IMG/VR virus record: IMGVR_UViG_3300032288_003288
Length of the DNA: 64,000 nucleotides
Direction: 5' to 3' (one strand)
Origin: a virus
Shown here in pieces: positions 1 to 8,194 of this stretch. The position numbers and the translations under genes were made by a program. Position 1 is the stretch's first letter. Every line of letters starts with the position of its first letter. The notes beneath the pieces are model-generated. The model saw only the letters and a program-made list of their open reading frames with translations. It was not told the origin of the DNA and ran no database searches.

Positions 1-297
1 ACTCCTACCACTCCACCTCCACAAGAAAGGAGCGCGCCAGCTGGTCAACCACCGAGAGGAAATGTACCAGCTCCTAGATCTGATAGACCAGCCGCGGATC
101 AAGCTATTCAGCAGGTAGCCATTCAGCAGGCAGCGGATCGCAGAAGAAGAAACGCCGCAGTAAATGGAGGAAATACTCAGACGAGAGGCGGTAATACCCG
201 AGCGGGTGGAAATACTACCAATCGTGGAGGCACTGGGGGAGGAAACAGGCGACCGGTAGAATCTTCAGGTGGTCTGTGGAAATCATTGTTCGGATAA
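1..297 (+). CDS. C-terminal end of a Pro/Gly/Arg-rich protein (partial, begins before window)
   Basis: Frame 1 open from base 1: TPTTPPPQERSAPAG...SSGGLWKSLFG-TAA at 295-297, followed by a terminator. Confidence 0.7.
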   Translation, partial: TPTTPPPQERSAPAGQPPRGNVPAPRSDRPAADQAIQQVAIQQAADRRRRNAAVNGGNTQTRGGNTRAGGNTTNRGGTGGGNRRPVESSGGLWKSLFG

Positions 298-328
298 AAA
301 AAGAGGGAGCCGAAGCTCCCTCTTTCTC
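296..328. terminator. Bidirectional rho-independent terminator
   Basis: AAAAAAAGAGGGAGC-CGAA-GCTCCCTCTTTCT hairpin between convergent genes. Confidence 0.9.
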
Positions 329-1237
329 TTAGTCATCCTGCAACTTCTTGAAGAAGTCGTCTAGATCCTCATCTTCATCAGAGGAACCTGCCAGTGCAGG
401 AGCGGCCGCTTCCTTCAGCTGAGGCGCAGGAGCTTCAGTGTGCCAAGGAACATCGTCCTCATCGACCGTAGCACGAGCAGCTGCAGTGGTAGCAGTGCCA
501 GTCAGACCGAGAACACGATTAAGCTTGGCTTCCAGCTCAGCGAACGACTTGAAGTTAGAACGATCGAGGAAGGGCTGCAGCTTGTGCTCGCTCTTGTAGA
601 TCGCTTCCAGCTCGTCGTCACCAGCCAGCGGACGTTCGGCATCGAACTCAGACTTGTCGTAGTTGCGATAGCCTTCTACCTGGCGAATCTTCAGCTTGAA
701 GTTGGCGCCGTTCCAAAGATCAAACGGATTGATCGGAGCGTCGTCAGGAAACTGAGGATTCATGAGGTCATTGATCTTGTCGAAGATCTTCTTGCCATAC
801 TTGTACAAGAAAACCTTGCCTTCGTTTTCCGGGTTTGCCGGATCAGAGACGACATAGATGTTCGAGATGTAGGTCAGACGACGCTTCTGCTTGCGAGCCT
901 GTTCCTTGTCCTTGTCGTTGCCTGAATTCCAGAGCTTGGAATTGTACTCGCCGACAGGATCCTTCTCACCGATGGTGGTCAGTGAGTTCTCAATGTACCA
1001 ACCGGCGGGGCCCTGGAATCCATGATCCCAGATACGAATGAACGGCAGATCTTCACCGTCAGGAGCAGGAAGAAAGCGAATGACAGCGTAGCCGTTGCCA
1101 GCCTTGTCTACGCTAGGCTTCCAAAAACGATCGTCGTCGTTGCTGTTGCTCTGAGTGGTGGTATTCAGCTTGCTAAGGGCTTGATTAAGCTTATCGAAGC
1201 TGTTCGCCGACTGGCGCTTGAGGTCTGCAAATGACAT
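329..1237 (-). CDS. gp32: Single-stranded DNA-binding protein, T4 gp32 family
   Basis: DDRFWKPSVDKAGNGYAVIRFLPAP, WYIENSLTT, YKYGKKIFDKI, YDKSEF; acidic C-terminal tail. Confidence 0.97.
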   Translation of the reverse strand: MSFADLKRQSANSFDKLNQALSKLNTTTQSNSNDDDRFWKPSVDKAGNGYAVIRFLPAPDGEDLPFIRIWDHGFQGPAGWYIENSLTTIGEKDPVGEYNSKLWNSGNDKDKEQARKQKRRLTYISNIYVVSDPANPENEGKVFLYKYGKKIFDKINDLMNPQFPDDAPINPFDLWNGANFKLKIRQVEGYRNYDKSEFDAERPLAGDDELEAIYKSEHKLQPFLDRSNFKSFAELEAKLNRVLGLTGTATTAAARATVDEDDVPWHTEAPAPQLKEAAAPALAGSSDEDEDLDDFFKKLQDD

Positions 1238-1305
1238 ATGTGTGTTTCCTTATATTGCGTTGTATTGCGAGTTATCCACTTTGACATAATGATATTCTAT
1301 ATATC

Positions 1306-1881
1306 TCACTCCACAAACTTGTTCTTCAATATTTCGCGACACTTGAATGCATCGTAGTTGAAGAAAGGCTTGTACTTGACGAGCTTGGTATATAGGTCTG
1401 GCCAAAGCACGTTGTCTTGTATGTGCTTGTTCCAGTGCGGGAAAAAACCGACAATATCGTTGAGGATAATGACGGTCTCTATAGACACCTCGCCTTGTCT
1501 ATAAAGCTTGAGCAGCAATGGATGCTGTCCATTGTCTACCTTAAAGTTATCGTTGAAGTTTGTACATAGTTTTTCTAAATCTTGCGTAAAGATATAGGTC
1601 AGAGACTGCTGTCTCTTCTGCCATGCAACGTAGTTGTCTTCAGCCTCATTCGTAAAGAGGTCTCCGATCCAAGTAACCTTTGAGGCTATTAGATTGGAGA
1701 CCAGATACTTTAAAGGATCTTTATGTTTGGAGAGCTTGTAATACTGATACTTGTCTTTACGAGTATCGAAAGACGCCGCGTTGGCGTTGACCTTGCCGTT
1801 GTACTTAAAGTAGTCGTAGGCAGGTTTCGTGAAATGCATCTTCAGAGCTTGAAAAAGCTGGTATGTTTCGAATGGTGACAC
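1306..1881 (-). CDS. gp59: Helicase loader, T4 gp59 family
   Basis: ALKMHFT..YDYFKYNGK motif; conserved gp33-gp59-gp32 order. Confidence 0.93.
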   Translation of the reverse strand: MSPFETYQLFQALKMHFTKPAYDYFKYNGKVNANAASFDTRKDKYQYYKLSKHKDPLKYLVSNLIASKVTWIGDLFTNEAEDNYVAWQKRQQSLTYIFTQDLEKLCTNFNDNFKVDNGQHPLLLKLYRQGEVSIETVIILNDIVGFFPHWNKHIQDNVLWPDLYTKLVKYKPFFNYDAFKCREILKNKFVE

Positions 1882-1893
1882 GCTGTGCCTCCG

Positions 1894-2130
1894 TCATATA
1901 GGTAGTTTAGCTCGCTTAGGAAGGAAGTTAAGATCTTCTGCTTCGTTCCGCAGCCTCGCCTTGATCCGCTGGTTGTTGCGAATAAGTGAGGCTGCGGCTT
2001 CTATTTCCAATCCATTCTTTTCACAGTAATGAATGACAGCGTCGATATAGTCAATGTTATGATTAGCCACGATCTTATCGATCTCAATGCTAAACTTCTC
2101 TGTACTCATTACTTTTTCCAAATGATCCAT
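1894..2130 (-). CDS. gp33: Late-transcription co-activator, T4 gp33 family
   Basis: FSIEIDKIV..YIDAVIHYCEKNGLEIE..EAEDLNFL; synteny. Confidence 0.92.
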   Translation of the reverse strand: MDHLEKVMSTEKFSIEIDKIVANHNIDYIDAVIHYCEKNGLEIEAAASLIRNNQRIKARLRNEAEDLNFLPKRAKLPI

Positions 2131-2132
2131 AA

Positions 2133-2690
2133 TTATCCTTGATAAAAGATGTGTGTGTCGATCTTGATTAGTCGCCTCATACGCCAGCCGGGATTGACAT
2201 AGTCGGCATGATAGAATTGAGCTCCACCTGTCACGTCACCGATGTTTCCAATATAGACCTGCTCGGCGATTTTCTTGGCTTCAGCGTAAGCATCGTGATC
2301 AGTCACACGCTTACCACGTTCGCAGACCCATGAAAATTGGCACACTCTACTTGTTCGTTGTGATATAACTGCACAAGGAGTCTTAGGAAAACGTGGATCA
2401 GACACTCTGTTCATGACCACGTTATTGACAGCGATCTTGCCGTCTCGCGATTCGTATGCTGCTTCGAAGTATGTGTTTTCTGCCATACACGCGATCTGTC
2501 TACGATCGGCAGCATTTAGATATACGGGCACTTTTTCTACGCGTTCAATGATTTGAACTTCTGTTTCTGGTATATTAGCATATGCTTTTGCTGCAACCGA
2601 AAGTGTCAGAGCTACAAAAATCGTAGTAACGACGCCTAAAAGCTTTTCTCTTGTAGTTAGATTATTTATTTTTTGAATTAGAGAAGTCAT
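2133..2690 (-). CDS. Cell wall hydrolase, SleB/Hydrolase_2 family, with N-terminal membrane anchor
   Basis: CMAENTYFEAAYES..VVMNRV.DPRFPKTPCAVI.Q..QFSW, GAQFYHADYVNPGW, HIFY. Confidence 0.92.
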   Translation of the reverse strand: MTSLIQKINNLTTREKLLGVVTTIFVALTLSVAAKAYANIPETEVQIIERVEKVPVYLNAADRRQIACMAENTYFEAAYESRDGKIAVNNVVMNRVSDPRFPKTPCAVISQRTSRVCQFSWVCERGKRVTDHDAYAEAKKIAEQVYIGNIGDVTGGAQFYHADYVNPGWRMRRLIKIDTHIFYQG

Positions 2691-2699
2691 TGTAACCTC

Positions 2700-2940
2700 T
2701 TAAGTCAATGACTTTGGCATGTAGAGACGACGATACGAGTGCATCGCAGCACTCCGTCAGTCAATACCGCTATAGAAGATACAAGACATCATGGTAAAGG
2801 TATCTTCCATCCATCCCTCTCTTACTAGGAATGCAAAATCATTATTGTTTTCGTCGGTGGATATAATCTCGATCATATCCGCTTTCTAGCCAACTTTGAC
2901 TTGAAGCTTTGTAAGAGTCAATGGAGTGGCAACACCCCCT
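2700..2940 (-). ncRNA. Candidate ~240-nt structured RNA / leader upstream of the cell wall hydrolase
   Basis: No long ORF; several hairpins on the minus strand (GGGGTG/CACTCC, TTGACT/AGTCAA, GGATATGAT/ATTATATCC, GAAGATAC/GTATCTTC, GAGTGC/GCACTC); promoter directly upstream. Confidence 0.6.
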
Positions 2941-2950
2941 ATTGATAATT

Positions 2951-2981
2951 TATTTATACTATATGGGTGCTCAGAAGTACA
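2951..2981 (-). promoter_or_regulatory. Composite early-type/late promoter
   Basis: TGTACT-N17-TATAAATA; TATAAATA is the T4 late promoter consensus. Confidence 0.75.
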
Positions 2982-3017
2982 TCCTTTTATGGCGACTCGT
3001 AGCACCCATATAACACC

Positions 3018-3434
3018 TCATAGATCTGCTTTACGAACTAAATCTTTGTATCCTCGCCATGACGGATGGATATTATCTGGCTGGACGTAAGAAGTAGAGA
3101 TGATGGTATCATTGTGTGCTGCAGCGATCTGTCTAACTGTGTTGTTGACGTTAGACTTACAGAAACCTCTGTTACAGGGAGGCATGATCCATACCACATT
3201 CACAGAACGAATTCGGTGACGAACCTTATTCAGTTCTCTGTAAGTGTTGATGTACCTGTGATCATTAGTACCTAGGCTGATCACGACCTTATTGGCTTCG
3301 AGCTTTACATTGCCCCAGCGTTTGTTCCACTGCCAAGTGTTGTAGCCGCCCTTAGAATAAGATACGCATTCTTTGGGAGCAAACATCTTGGTGCCGACGG
3401 CGATACTATCGCCAATAATCAAACATTCAAGCAT
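3018..3434 (-). CDS. SGNH/GDSL-type hydrolase
   Basis: IIGDSIAVG, ISLGTND, DNIHP blocks; start moved to MLECL (3434, AGGAG RBS) because the upstream part overlaps the tmRNA. Confidence 0.85.
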   Translation of the reverse strand: MLECLIIGDSIAVGTKMFAPKECVSYSKGGYNTWQWNKRWGNVKLEANKVVISLGTNDHRYINTYRELNKVRHRIRSVNVVWIMPPCNRGFCKSNVNNTVRQIAAAHNDTIISTSYVQPDNIHPSWRGYKDLVRKADL

Positions 3435-3454
3435 ACTATTTACTCCTATGATAT

Positions 3455-3765
3455 TGGGCCCGTTCTGTTCCAAGGTGGAGCCCATACCCGTGAGATCACG
3501 CCGCTAGGCGAGATTCAAGGACACCGTTATCGTTGGCATCTATACGTTGTGACCGCTCGGTCAGCGAATCAGTCTCGAATCTTCCTATTCCGTCCCAGTC
3601 GATCCTAGTTCACCCCCATCATAAGCGCTCAGTGTTGCTGAGAGGAGAATCCCGGTCCTCGGATGTGCAACCATCCTACATACCACTCCTGTTGCAACGC
3701 TTATGGTGGAGGTGGCGGGTACTGCCCCCGCGTCCTCGGAACCTTTATTGTTGATTGTCATCAAC
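3455..3765 (-). ncRNA. ssrA: Two-piece (circularly permuted) tmRNA, alphaproteobacterial type; tag ANDNGVLESRLAA
   Basis: T-arm and 3' acceptor strand GCGGGGGCAGTACCCGCCACCTCCACCA (CCA at 3706-3704) lie upstream of GGGGGTGAACTAGGATCGAC (starts 3617); tag frame 3537-3496 ends LAA-TGA; outer ends approximate. Confidence 0.95.
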
Positions 3766-3774
3766 TGATAGATT

Positions 3775-3805
3775 TATTTATACCAAAATACTTCAAATAT
3801 GTAAA
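3775..3805 (-). promoter_or_regulatory. Composite early-type/late promoter of tmRNA
   Basis: TTTACA-N17-TATAAATA. Confidence 0.75.
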
Positions 3806-3808
3806 TGC

Positions 3809-4246
3809 TTAGTTGCACCAAGATTGCTTGGCATCACCAAAATATGGACGCGCATAGCCGTTGGAGATCAGCTGTTCGCGAAGGCTCTTGCCATCAAGAA
3901 CCACGTCGCCGAGTACACGACCACCAAACTTGTCCCAATCATACAGCACGTACTGTTTCTTGGCAGCTCGAGCAATCAGATCCTTAGTGAAGGCACTTGC
4001 TGCCTGACCTTTGGCATCTTCAGCTGAGCACTTGGCACGAAACCCCTTCTCAGGCGTGTCCACGCCGAATATGCGAATCGCAATCTCCTTCTTAAGAGGA
4101 GCTTGGATCCACAGTGCTTCTACGACGACAGTATCACCGTCTGTAGCTCGTAGAATGTTGGCATCATACGTGACGCCTGTAGGTGTTTTTTGCGCAAACG
4201 CTGGAGTCGCCAGCGCCAACAGCGCAAGAAATGCAAGTTTCTTCAT
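3809..4246 (-). CDS. Thermonuclease (SNase-like) with signal peptide
   Basis: MKKLAFLALLALATPAFA signal; DGDT, IRIFGVDTPE, DKFGGRVLGDV, LISNGYA. Confidence 0.93.
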   Translation of the reverse strand: MKKLAFLALLALATPAFAQKTPTGVTYDANILRATDGDTVVVEALWIQAPLKKEIAIRIFGVDTPEKGFRAKCSAEDAKGQAASAFTKDLIARAAKKQYVLYDWDKFGGRVLGDVVLDGKSLREQLISNGYARPYFGDAKQSWCN

Positions 4247-4265
4247 TATTGGTTTTTTCTCTCTA

Positions 4266-4655
4266 TTATTGGCAGGTGCGAGTGACGTAGATATTTCCCC
4301 AACGATCTACCTGCTGACTAGTTACGCAATAGTGGTCGTAATAGTTACGAGCGTCAGGGTTGTACTGATAGTTGTAGTAGGTAGGAATATCGCGCCGATT
4401 CTGAGGCGGATAGTTCGGTTCACGATCATAGTAACGATCGTCACGGCGGTCATTGTCAGATCCTGAGATCAAAGCACCGATGATGATGCCGCCGATCAGA
4501 GGAGCTACCCACTTACCTCCACCGCCATGACGATGGTGTTCAGAATGGCCTCCGCGATCGTGATGACGATCGCGCGCCAGGGCAGGCGAGGCGATCAGGG
4601 TACAGGCTACTGTAGCTGCAAGAATCTTCTTAATCATGTTTGCTTCCTTCTTCAT
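4266..4655 (-). CDS. Secreted His/Gly-rich hypothetical protein
   Basis: Signal peptide ASPALA, glycine-zipper-like segment; alternative start 4637. Confidence 0.7.
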   Translation of the reverse strand: MKKEANMIKKILAATVACTLIASPALARDRHHDRGGHSEHHRHGGGGKWVAPLIGGIIIGALISGSDNDRRDDRYYDREPNYPPQNRRDIPTYYNYQYNPDARNYYDHYCVTSQQVDRWGNIYVTRTCQ

Positions 4656-4664
4656 TATAGGCCT

Positions 4665-4693
4665 ATATTACTCTGTTTTTGATAATAAGTACA
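4665..4693 (-). promoter_or_regulatory. Phage early-type sigma70 promoter
   Basis: TGTACT-N17-TAATAT, member of a repeated motif. Confidence 0.75.
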
Positions 4694-4717
4694 TGCTTAT
4701 TTTTAGGCCCTAAGTCT

Positions 4718-4906
4718 TTAATATATAAAGCCATTTTCATCAAGAATCAATACAGATTGTTCAGACGGTGCGCCAATACATCTGGCCAGAGTCTGAGCTT
4801 CCTTCTCGGAGCGCGTATTAAAGCGCACGAAAAAGATACTCGGAAGGTCATTTTGATCAAAAGTAAGACAACTTACTGCATACTGTACAGGAGCACTATT
4901 TCCCAT
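4718..4906 (-). CDS. Hypothetical protein
   Basis: 62-aa ORF in gene-dense minus-strand run. Confidence 0.5.
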   Translation of the reverse strand: MGNSAPVQYAVSCLTFDQNDLPSIFFVRFNTRSEKEAQTLARCIGAPSEQSVLILDENGFIY

Positions 4907-4917
4907 ACATCTATTTA

Positions 4918-5208
4918 TTAGATTGTCAATCCCGTAGTCTGCTTAATGTAAGCGTCTGCCACAGGCTTATGAGTCTTGACGATGGCCAAGATCTGACTGC
5001 GCGGGATGGTGATCTTGGTGTCAGGATCTGCTGTGAGAACATACGGCATAAAGCCGAAGCCTTGCTGAGCCATCATAACTACCATAGGCTTGATAAGTTT
5101 AATCTCGTCAGGTCCAGCAGAGTCATCGAAGCGAGCTACAACCTCGTCTCCACCGACGAGCTTGATAGTGATGGTATCTCCGTTCTTGTAGGGAGTTTCA
5201 ATCAACAT
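4918..5208 (-). CDS. Conserved phage hypothetical protein (possible Sm-like fold)
   Basis: TITIKLVGGDEVVARF..KPM..FMPY..YIKQTTGL pattern; GGAG RBS. Confidence 0.75.
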   Translation of the reverse strand: MLIETPYKNGDTITIKLVGGDEVVARFDDSAGPDEIKLIKPMVVMMAQQGFGFMPYVLTADPDTKITIPRSQILAIVKTHKPVADAYIKQTTGLTI

Positions 5209-5228
5209 TCTTATTCTCCAAATTTATC

Positions 5229-5420
5229 TTAAAATCTCGTACACTTAATAACTAACTCTCTGACAACATCACAGAGCAGATCAAAGTCTTTGTTCGCATG
5301 CGCGATATGAACAGCTTCAAGAAAGTGTTCACGCTCCAAGACTTTGCTGGCTTCGATGGCGCCGCATTCATGCTCATCCATGTAGCGGCGCACATCTTCA
5401 TTAGTATAGTTACGCTGCAT
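5229..5420 (-). CDS. Hypothetical protein
   Basis: Overlaps the stop of the upstream gene. Confidence 0.6.
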   Translation of the reverse strand: MQRNYTNEDVRRYMDEHECGAIEASKVLEREHFLEAVHIAHANKDFDLLCDVVRELVIKCTRF

Positions 5421-6372
5421 CTGCCATTTCCACGGCAGTTTCCAGCGCCTTGGTCTTGAGCGTCTTGTTCTGACCGTACCAAGCCGACTGAAGGCGAGTA
5501 TCAGCCGAACGACCGATGATGTGATCAGTCATATAGGTAACAGTGTTGAACAACTGCCAGAAAGAACCTTCGCCGAACTCAGCACCAGGCTGAGTGTGCA
5601 TCAGGTCGAGAGCAGCGGTGGCCGACTTCGAGAGATCCTTCTGCGAATCTTCCTTGCTGGTCAGGACCGGGAAAACACGCTTGAAGTAGTCTACGACGTC
5701 TTCGTTCTTGTAGCGCTTCTGGCTGAGGTGCTGAGCCATTTCCTTGTACTGCTCGAGCTTGTGCTTGGCAACTCCCAGCGTTTCCTTGACCATGTCAGCG
5801 TCGAACTCACGACGATGGCTGACCTTGACCATCTGCTTGGCAGTCTGATTCAGCGAGAGAGTCAGCGTGTTGTTGCAGACCACGCGAATAGGAGTGAAGC
5901 GAACGTCGATCGACTGACCGTAGGAGTGCGGGTTGGTGAAGAGCAGGTAGCTGTCTACCTGGTCCTTGCCACCGAAGAGCTCGAACGACTCGTTGACCTT
6001 AGCCAAGGCCCAGACGATCTTGCCGTCGCGAAGCGAACCAGCGGTGTGCATCTCCATGTCACCAGCACCAACGAAGTCGTTGAAGAACTCGAAAGCTTCG
6101 TGGTTCTGCATCGGATTCCAGTCGTCAGTGATGACGTCGATCACCTTCTGGTCGAGCGAGCGAACCAGCGCGCGGTGACCAGTAGCCAACTTCTGACCAC
6201 CAACCTCAGCGAAGAGATCCACCGGATCTACTGTCCAGTCGAGGCCAGCTGCCTGCAGCATCTGCTCAGGAGTCAGGTCGTTAGGAACCTTGGTGCCGAG
6301 ACCGTGCCACGGAAGATCACCAGCGTAAGCCATAGAAGCCTGACCATTTACCATTTCAATCATATGTGCCAT
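5410..6372 (-). CDS. DUF932 / TIGR03299 phage-plasmid protein
   Basis: PWHGLG, AGLDWTV, TAGSLRDGKIVWALAK, TPIRVVCNNTL. Confidence 0.92.
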   Translation of the reverse strand: MAHMIEMVNGQASMAYAGDLPWHGLGTKVPNDLTPEQMLQAAGLDWTVDPVDLFAEVGGQKLATGHRALVRSLDQKVIDVITDDWNPMQNHEAFEFFNDFVGAGDMEMHTAGSLRDGKIVWALAKVNESFELFGGKDQVDSYLLFTNPHSYGQSIDVRFTPIRVVCNNTLTLSLNQTAKQMVKVSHRREFDADMVKETLGVAKHKLEQYKEMAQHLSQKRYKNEDVVDYFKRVFPVLTSKEDSQKDLSKSATAALDLMHTQPGAEFGEGSFWQLFNTVTYMTDHIIGRSADTRLQSAWYGQNKTLKTKALETAVEMADAA

Positions 6373-6403
6373 AACAAAATTACCTCTTAGTGTTGATATT
6401 CTT

Positions 6404-6432
6404 AATCTACTACGCTTTTGAAAATAAGTACA
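6404..6432 (-). promoter_or_regulatory. Phage early-type promoter
   Basis: TGTACT-N17-TAGATT. Confidence 0.75.
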
Positions 6433-6449
6433 CTAGTTTTTTAAAAAAA

Positions 6450-6653
6450 TTAGTCGATCATGATCTTAGCCCCAGCTGCCATCAAGATCAGACCGCCGAT
6501 AGACTGCAGAGTCATCTGCAAGCCACTCATAGGCTCACCAGCGACGCAGTCTGCTGCAGCACGACATTCTTCGTAGAAGTCCGAGCTACCGGCAGTGCCG
6601 ATGATCAGGAAGAAGCCGCCGAGGACCATAATGTAACCAAGAGTCTTCATCAT
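6450..6653 (-). CDS. Small two-TM membrane protein
   Basis: Two hydrophobic segments; GGAG RBS before MMKTLG. Confidence 0.7.
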   Translation of the reverse strand: MMKTLGYIMVLGGFFLIIGTAGSSDFYEECRAAADCVAGEPMSGLQMTLQSIGGLILMAAGAKIMID

Positions 6654-6765
6654 TATCTCCAAATAAAAAGGATCAGAACGCCGGCTCACTTAGCAATATC
6701 TAGCAATTTACGAAAAGCCATTCGGGACGTTCTGATCAAGTAACCTCTTAACTGATTATAGGTCT

Positions 6766-6794
6766 ACCTTACTCTAGTTTTCAAAATAAGTACA
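6766..6794 (-). promoter_or_regulatory. Phage early-type promoter
   Basis: TGTACT-N17-TAAGGT-AGACCT. Confidence 0.75.
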
Positions 6795-6885
6795 TGCCTA
6801 TTTCGAAAAAAGGATAAAATATTTTATCTAACAATATCAATGGTCTAGTTCTTATCCTTCCATTGACCACAGAATGCGCTAGGCT

Positions 6886-7014
6886 TTACCTCAGGAAAAC
6901 ATTCCATCCTTTAACATCATACACAGGAGGACTGATTCTGCATTGACCGATCTGGCCCGCGAACTCGTCCTGCTTTAAATAGACATAATATCTACACGAT
7001 TCACATAGTCTCAT
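6886..7014 (-). CDS. Small Cys-containing protein, possibly frameshifted
   Basis: MRLCESCRYY..GQCRIS with GGAG RBS; a Cys-containing continuation FPEVKPSAFCGQW lies in another frame. Confidence 0.45.
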   Translation of the reverse strand: MRLCESCRYYVYLKQDEFAGQIGQCRISPPVYDVKGWNVFLR

Positions 7015-7028
7015 TACAACTACTCCAA

Positions 7029-7271
7029 TTATGACGTCAGCTTCTGGTGAGCCATGGTGATGTGCTTACACTTACCATGATGGGTAAATCCCATACACTC
7101 GCACTTCCACCCAGACTCAGTCAGGGTAGTCAGGTAGGTCGTACCCATACAGTTGGTATACGGCCACTGAAAGCCAGCGTAGAAGTGGCCCCTGTAGTTG
7201 ATTCCAGGCAGAGCCAGAGCCTTACGGTCATACTTGTTACGCCGCTTAGGAGCAGGATTACGTCTGTCCAT
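7029..7271 (-). CDS. SWIM zinc-finger protein
   Basis: WKCECMGFTHHGKCKH (CxC...CxH). Confidence 0.8.
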   Translation of the reverse strand: MDRRNPAPKRRNKYDRKALALPGINYRGHFYAGFQWPYTNCMGTTYLTTLTESGWKCECMGFTHHGKCKHITMAHQKLTS

Positions 7272-7542
7272 TGGCTACTCCAAAGATACTGGACCATGTC
7301 TCAAGACGCTCTCTTTTGTTGTATCTTGACGTGTTCATTATGTTCTCATCGATCAGATCATGGTCAACCATCAGAGCTACCATGCACAGCAGATCGCCTA
7401 CCTCGGCGGATAGGTGCTTCTTGTTGATTACACCTTTCCACTCAGACTCTAGGCCAAAGCGCAAGACTTTACTGATGGCTTGAGTCACCTCAGCACATTC
7501 CTCTGCTGCGATCAGCAGGATCTCTTTATCTTTATCGTTCAT
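7258..7542 (-). CDS. MazG-like nucleotide pyrophosphohydrolase domain protein
   Basis: EECAEVTQAISK...AEVGDL. Confidence 0.8.
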   Translation of the reverse strand: MNDKDKEILLIAAEECAEVTQAISKVLRFGLESEWKGVINKKHLSAEVGDLLCMVALMVDHDLIDENIMNTSRYNKRERLETWSSIFGVANGQT

Positions 7543-7742
7543 TACCATTCCTTAAAGTCGCCAGAATCACACTGATCGTTGAAACCGGCCGCATATGCGG
7601 CGAGTTCTTCTTGAGTCAGATCCTCGACTCGCTCAGACGAGTATGTGCCGGACTTGTAGTAGTGCGGATCATAAGGACGCCGATAGTAGGCATCAGCCGA
7701 CCCCCGATCGTATGGACCTCCGTGACGCTTGTCGTAAGTCAT
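7542..7742 (-). CDS. Conserved phage hypothetical protein
   Basis: HGGPYDRGSADAYYRR..AYAAGF; coupled to neighbours. Confidence 0.75.
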   Translation of the reverse strand: MTYDKRHGGPYDRGSADAYYRRPYDPHYYKSGTYSSERVEDLTQEELAAYAAGFNDQCDSGDFKEW

Positions 7743-8098
7743 TAGTACTGCTCCAGAGGGTTGAAGCCAAACGAAGCGCAGCGATAGAGCTGACCGTCGT
7801 GTTCGACAATGTCGCCGACCGACATCGAGCTGCAGCGCTTCAGACGCTCGATCTTCGACTCATCGTTCCAGAGATTCATGAGGCTGAAAGCTTCTTCGAG
7901 GTTATCTGCGTCAACGTTCGCGACGTGATCGTAGTGCTTGAACGTTTCGGCCTTGAAGGTCTTCTCGAACGAGCGGTTGAAGTACGCCTTGATGCGATCG
8001 TTCTCAGGCATTTCGCCCGAGTTGTTCACGAGGTTGATCTCGTAGTCGCTCAACTGGATCTGGTAGACCTTGATCATGTATGTTCCTTTCTTCATCAT
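7742..8098 (-). CDS. YodL-like domain protein
   Basis: KVYQI..LEEAFSLMN..SMSVGDIV..ASFGF; alternative start 8077. Confidence 0.75.
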   Translation of the reverse strand: MMKKGTYMIKVYQIQLSDYEINLVNNSGEMPENDRIKAYFNRSFEKTFKAETFKHYDHVANVDADNLEEAFSLMNLWNDESKIERLKRCSSMSVGDIVEHDGQLYRCASFGFNPLEQY

Positions 8099-8104
8099 GG
8101 TCCT

Positions 8105-8133
8105 ACCTTACACTAGTTTTCAAAATAAGTACA
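8105..8133 (-). promoter_or_regulatory. Phage early-type promoter
   Basis: TGTACT-N17-TAAGGT-AGGACC-ATG. Confidence 0.75.
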
Positions 8134-8194
8134 CAAAAAAACGCACCCAGAGCCTGTCCAAGTGCGTTTTTTATTTTGCTTTAGAATCAAAGGT

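Noticed and set aside
1272-1280. TTATCCACT, an 8/9 match to a DnaA box upstream of gp32
   Set aside because: Single imperfect copy; more likely part of the gp32 leader and insufficient for an origin call
3533-3754. 73-aa plus-strand ORF and the N-terminal extension of 3018-3485
   Set aside because: They overlap the tmRNA gene, which explains the sequence
5521-6390. 289-aa plus-strand ORF and many similar plus-strand ORFs (e.g. 440-925, 7595-8116, 55271-55906, 57277-57834)
   Set aside because: Antisense shadows of well-supported minus-strand genes, expected from codon bias; no RBS or recognisable motifs
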